A stretch of DNA of 20,000 nucleotides from an uncultured virus (IMG/VR IMGVR_UViG_3300028388_003769) (lineage: Duplodnaviria > Heunggongvirae > Uroviricota > Caudoviricetes). The DNA is taken from the IMG/VR virus record IMGVR_UViG_3300028388_003769. One strand, 5' to 3'. A program made the translations under genes and the position numbers. Positions 16,371-20,000 of the stretch are shown here, in pieces. The first letter of the stretch is position 1. Every line of letters starts with the position of its first letter. The notes under the pieces were generated by a model. The model made no database searches. It was given only the letters and a program-made list of their open reading frames with translations, and was not told where the DNA came from.

Positions 16371-16390
16371 ACTTTTTATAAAATTTTTTT

Positions 16391-16777
16391 TTATAAATTT
16401 ATAACTTTTTCAAACTCAATATCAACAACTTGTAATTGCTGATCACGTATAATCAAAAACTTGTTAGGATAGTTTTCCCATTCTATTTGGTATGATCTAT
16501 CTAAAACTCCATTATTAATTCTCATAATGAGATGGTTTAATGCATTAATTGTATATAACGTGTTTGGTTTTTTGCGATGAATGCTTATGGTATCTTGTGC
16601 TAATTTAGTATTTGTGCTACCATACACATTGTAAACTAGAAACAGATCATCTCTATACTGCTGTTCCCTATACAGATAGATCTTATTTCTAGCTATTTCA
16701 TAATACGTCTGTACGTAGTCTACCACTAAATTCAATGACTCTCTTACAGCAAACGTACAAAGTAATTGATTTCTCAT
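16391..16777 (-). CDS. Hypothetical phage protein
   Basis: 128 aa with QLLCTF...YNV...TISIHRKKPNTLYTINALN...NNGVLD...W, a pattern I recall from large phages next to SSB genes. Function unknown. Confidence 0.75.
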   Translation of the reverse strand: MRNQLLCTFAVRESLNLVVDYVQTYYEIARNKIYLYREQQYRDDLFLVYNVYGSTNTKLAQDTISIHRKKPNTLYTINALNHLIMRINNGVLDRSYQIEWENYPNKFLIIRDQQLQVVDIEFEKVINL

Positions 16778-16780
16778 TTT

Positions 16781-17854
16781 TTAATTTCCGAATATGTTAT
16801 TAAAGTTTAATTTTAAAAAACTTTGAGTAGTAGAAACATTATCTCGTGAAGTTAAATCTGCTTTTTCTAGTTTGGCGTAGTCTGTTTTATAAAATGCAAT
16901 TTCACCACTACCATCTAGAATTGCCATAAACTGACCATCTCCCGGTTTCTTACCGATTTTTGTTTTCACAATTTGACTAATTAGTGCGTTTGTAGCTTCT
17001 TGAGAGTCTTTTGGATTTCCTAATCTACTAAGAACTTTAGTAATCTTATAGTTAATCCTTGCAAATAAATCATAAGTATTAGCCAACTTTTCCAAATTAG
17101 CTATACTTTTAAACTCAAAAACTGTATCAAATGCATTTTTTAAGTTTTCTGGATAGAAATTTGTTGGGCTTATGATTGTTGATTTTTCTTTTTGCTGTTT
17201 AGTAAACTCTTCAATCAACGAGTATATGCCAAATACTATAGTAAGTTTTTTTAATGATTCTCTGTCCTGACCGAACCTGCCTAATGGTATTTTTCCTTTC
17301 TTCTTATCGTAGGCTTTTACCTCAACACTGGTACCATCAATAACTAAATCAGCATCCTGTAAAGTACTACCACATGACATTGATGATTGATTTTTCTGAT
17401 ATCTGAATAACCAATATAGCGCTACTTCTCCATTACCTATTGTCTTATCTGTTCCTTTCCCTTTTTTTGGAGCTATTGGATAAATCTTTTTCCAATTTTC
17501 CAAATCCGGTCCTTTTACTTTTACTATTCCTCCTGATCCAGGAATGCTATAGGTTCCCTTTACTTTTGGAATTTCTCCTAATTTATCCAAAATAGCTTGA
17601 TCGTGTTGTTCGATTTCATCACATCCTTCAGTAATTACTTTACCCACTATGGGATGAGCTAGTTTGGATAGGTGTTGTTTTTCTTCTTGCTTTAATTCTA
17701 AGCTCATAACAGCCTTTTCTAAGGCTTTCAGTTCGTTTGATGTGTAGGGTGGTCTTGCATACCCTTTTGGCAATCTGTAAAACCATTCAGTAATTAAACG
17801 GTCAAGTAGTTGTTCTGTGTTTACAGAATTTAGTTCACTTTTTAAATGTGACAT
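16781..17854 (-). CDS. Putative PD-(D/E)xK restriction-endonuclease-like protein
   Basis: IGNGEVALYWLF ... DADLVIDGTSVEVK gives the E...D-x-(E)xK arrangement. Distinct N-terminal segment LITEWFYRLPKGYARPPY. Confidence 0.55.
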   Translation of the reverse strand: MSHLKSELNSVNTEQLLDRLITEWFYRLPKGYARPPYTSNELKALEKAVMSLELKQEEKQHLSKLAHPIVGKVITEGCDEIEQHDQAILDKLGEIPKVKGTYSIPGSGGIVKVKGPDLENWKKIYPIAPKKGKGTDKTIGNGEVALYWLFRYQKNQSSMSCGSTLQDADLVIDGTSVEVKAYDKKKGKIPLGRFGQDRESLKKLTIVFGIYSLIEEFTKQQKEKSTIISPTNFYPENLKNAFDTVFEFKSIANLEKLANTYDLFARINYKITKVLSRLGNPKDSQEATNALISQIVKTKIGKKPGDGQFMAILDGSGEIAFYKTDYAKLEKADLTSRDNVSTTQSFLKLNFNNIFGN

Positions 17855-17856
17855 AA

Positions 17857-19119
17857 TTATAAGTAATTTAAATTAAAAAAATTAGATCCTACCTTAACAT
17901 TAACGTTAGGTAGTATCCTATTAAGCTGTTCAACAATCACAGCTTTTTCCTTTTTGGTAAGATCTAATAAAAACGAATCGTAAGTGTATAACACTAACTT
18001 AGATTGACGATTTCGCAACAAATTTAATACTTTTTGTATAAATATCATTGAAAAATCCGTTTCTATACCTTGAAGATAGTAATTAAATAACTTAGATCTA
18101 TACATATCTCCATATGTTTTTTTATATATTTTTCTCTTGCTAATCGGCAACTGTATATACTCTATCTGTAGATACTCTTGCCATAGTTTGTCTTTAAACT
18201 GTTCAATTGCTTTAAATAGTTTAAAATGTTTAAACTCCGGAAGTGGCTTGGAGTATATCATTTTGAAAGTTATCTGTTTGCTTAAATTGTGTTGTTCTTG
18301 TGTTAATGAATCACAATCAAAGTACATTTTTCCAAAAAAGTCATGCAAGTTCTCTTCAGGAAGTTCTATATCTAATAATCTTCCTAAAAGTCTTATATGA
18401 TAAGAATCAAAATCGTACTCTACTAAAACTCCATCACTTCCCCACCTCGATGTAAAGGCTTTACGACTATCGTCTTGCTTGTTTAAAGCTACAAAATTTA
18501 CTCCACCATACGCATTACTAGGCCTTCCTGTTGAGGTGTATAGATTGTACTCATTAAACAAAAGGTTACCTTTTGTACTCTTACTTGGATATTGTCCGAA
18601 TATTTTGTTAAAGAGCGGTAAATCAACGTGTATGCCGTTAGATTCTATTGTCATAATGTTCTCACTCACAACCTCTTTATAAAACGTCATACAAGGCGTT
18701 ATTTCAAAATTATAGTTATTATTAATAATATTTTGAATAACCTCTCTACACCACTGCTCTATTTTTAAAACTGGAATGTGATACACGTTATTGTTAACGT
18801 GTTGCAACAGTGCGTTAAAGTTCTCGTAGTTGTCTATCTTTAATATGTCCAAATCATTATTTAGCCATAAAAAAGTAGACAAATCGTAACTATCCGCTTC
18901 GTAATATCTATCAAATAGTTTTTTATTATAGACTAAATACGTGTCTTGTTGGATTGTAAATCTGTCAGTTAGCTTTAAGAACTTACTATCAAACATATTA
19001 ATACAAAACCCACAACCTTTATTGCTAACTAGATCGTATTCGTATATATAACCTATATCTCCTAAAGACCAGTGATATGACCAATCTTTTGGAATGCATA
19101 AAACTATTTTCATAATCAA
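17857..19119 (-). CDS. Short, atypical family A DNA polymerase-like protein (likely start ATG at 19113)
   Basis: IESNGIHVD, YNLYTSTGRPSN, RKAF, motif A VEYDFDSYHIRLL, motif B HNLSKQITFKMIYS, NYYLQGIET and motif C LYTYDSFLLD. No recognisable exonuclease catalytic motifs. Confidence 0.85.
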   Translation of the reverse strand: MIMKIVLCIPKDWSYHWSLGDIGYIYEYDLVSNKGCGFCINMFDSKFLKLTDRFTIQQDTYLVYNKKLFDRYYEADSYDLSTFLWLNNDLDILKIDNYENFNALLQHVNNNVYHIPVLKIEQWCREVIQNIINNNYNFEITPCMTFYKEVVSENIMTIESNGIHVDLPLFNKIFGQYPSKSTKGNLLFNEYNLYTSTGRPSNAYGGVNFVALNKQDDSRKAFTSRWGSDGVLVEYDFDSYHIRLLGRLLDIELPEENLHDFFGKMYFDCDSLTQEQHNLSKQITFKMIYSKPLPEFKHFKLFKAIEQFKDKLWQEYLQIEYIQLPISKRKIYKKTYGDMYRSKLFNYYLQGIETDFSMIFIQKVLNLLRNRQSKLVLYTYDSFLLDLTKKEKAVIVEQLNRILPNVNVKVGSNFFNLNYL

Positions 19120-19123
19120 CCTA

Positions 19124-19152
19124 AAGATACTATTTTTTTACACTTCAGGCAA
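19124..19152 (-). promoter_or_regulatory. Putative host-RNAP promoter upstream of the short PolA-like gene
   Basis: Minus strand TTGCCT-N17-TATCTT(TA). The -35 box lies inside the 3' end of the upstream ORF. Confidence 0.55.
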
Positions 19153-19662
19153 CTTTTTATAAAATTCTGTTAAACTTTTAAACATTTTCTGTATTCCTGG
19201 CATGGATTTATAAGCGGTAAGTATAGCTCGTTTGTTATATATTATAACTTTTTTTATAGCTCCCGTAAGTCTCCATTTAAGCGATAGAGTAGTATACATA
19301 CTACTATTTAAGTGCATAGCTGTTTGGTAGTCTGTTATACTAGCAAACTGCTTAGAGTCTACTTCTGTTATGATCATTGAAGGTTTTTTTTGTACAAAGT
19401 ATCTAGTTATAAATCCTTTAGCATAGTCAGATTCGTCAGGGGAAGGTTTGTGTGGTAGTGGAGTTGCGTATCCTCCTTTAATTCTGACCTTTGATCGTGC
19501 TATTTCTGTATCAATAACAGAACGTGGATATAGTGCGAGACCTTGTGTCTGTTCGTTAATGTACTCTCGTGCAACTCCTCGTTGATCTATATAGTACTGT
19601 CCTTCAAACACCTGTCCATTTGAGTAGTAGAACAAACCTTTTTTTGCTTGATTTATCTCCAT
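19138..19662 (-). CDS. Hypothetical phage protein
   Basis: 174 aa with G..FEG.YY, PSPDESDYAKGFITRYFVQK...ITEVD and LKWRLTG. Function unknown. Confidence 0.7.
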   Translation of the reverse strand: MEINQAKKGLFYYSNGQVFEGQYYIDQRGVAREYINEQTQGLALYPRSVIDTEIARSKVRIKGGYATPLPHKPSPDESDYAKGFITRYFVQKKPSMIITEVDSKQFASITDYQTAMHLNSSMYTTLSLKWRLTGAIKKVIIYNKRAILTAYKSMPGIQKMFKSLTEFYKKLPEV

Positions 19663-19676
19663 TTGTAAAATTTAGT

Positions 19677-20000
19677 TTATGGCCACTTTGCTCCAGGATA
19701 GAAGAAACTATCACCAATAACCTGACCAGGTACTCCACCTCTAGTTGCTACGTAAGATTCACCGGGTTGATATGCATTTGGATTAACTGCATTAAAAAAG
19801 AAATTATCCTTAGGAACATTAGACAGTTCATTTTTCATAGACTGGTTGATGCTGTTTTCTCGAAATTGATTTGGTCCGTTAACAAAGTTAGCTACGGGTC
19901 CTGGATTGGGTCCAGTTCCTGTAACAGAAGTAAATTGACTACGTTGAGTTAGTACATCTGTTACAGAGCTGTTACTTTGTCTGGCTCTGTTGAGTATGCT
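19677..20000 (-). CDS. SleB/CwlJ-like cell-wall hydrolase (Hydrolase_2) domain, C-terminal end of a gene entering from the right (not in ORF track)
   Basis: Manual translation SILNRARQSNSSVTDVLTQRSQFTSVTG...NFFFNA...GQVIGDSFFYPGAKWP*, open for 107 codons. ILNR...V..V..Q..QF and IG...FY are SleB-type hallmarks. Confidence 0.7.
   Translation of the reverse strand, partial: SILNRARQSNSSVTDVLTQRSQFTSVTGTGPNPGPVANFVNGPNQFRENSINQSMKNELSNVPKDNFFFNAVNPNAYQPGESYVATRGGVPGQVIGDSFFYPGAKWP

Noticed and set aside
16311..16390. tRNA, ncRNA, intrinsic terminator or replication origin in the largest intergenic gap
   Set aside because: It is only 80 bp of A/T runs with no GC stem, cloverleaf or iterons, and is adequately explained as a promoter region.
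17857..19119. Pseudogene or split fragment of the main polA
   Set aside because: The frame is intact, has its own promoter-like motif and its own complete A/B/C motif set, and differs strongly from the 776-aa PolA, which is itself complete.
2088..19952. All plus-strand ORFs in the track (e.g. 2088-2357, 8104-8343, 8378-8632, 14957-15217, 15624-15986, 18137-18400, 19569-19952)
   Set aside because: They are antisense shadows of well-supported minus-strand genes, short, with Ser/Phe/Ile-rich composition and no motifs.
1..20000. Stop-codon reassignment as seen in some large phages
   Set aside because: Genes are full length under the standard code, and TAA, TAG (e.g. 4309, 5736) and TGA (e.g. 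5306, 15531) all end genes at expected positions.

Overview
AT-rich, gene-dense segment of a large dsDNA tailed phage, with every credible gene on the minus strand and the standard genetic code. AT-rich starts without Shine-Dalgarno motifs and the promoter style suggest a Bacteroidota host (inference). In transcription order (right to left): the end of a SleB-like cell-wall hydrolase, a hypothetical, a short atypical family A polymerase-like protein, a PD-(D/E)xK-like protein, a hypothetical, then a replication/recombination block (gp32-like SSB, RecA/UvsX, 5'-3' exonuclease, DnaB-like helicase), a membrane protein and class I ribonucleotide reductase (nrdB, nrdA). A 7-deazaguanine DNA-modification cluster follows: folE, dpdL-like T-fold, dpdA-like TGT barrel, DUF3310, a dUTPase/dCTP-deaminase-fold protein, a purine phosphoribosyltransferase, a 54-aa ORF and queE. 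The window ends with small hypotheticals, a full-length PolA (Leu762 type), a Zn-ribbon protein and the start of a RecB-like nuclease. The most interesting signal is that the deazaguanine genes are interleaved with nucleotide-level enzymes, next to RNR, in a window with two family A polymerases. This suggests a pre-replicative route that makes 7-deaza-dGTP and replaces G genome-wide. All family calls come from motif recognition by eye; no searches were run.
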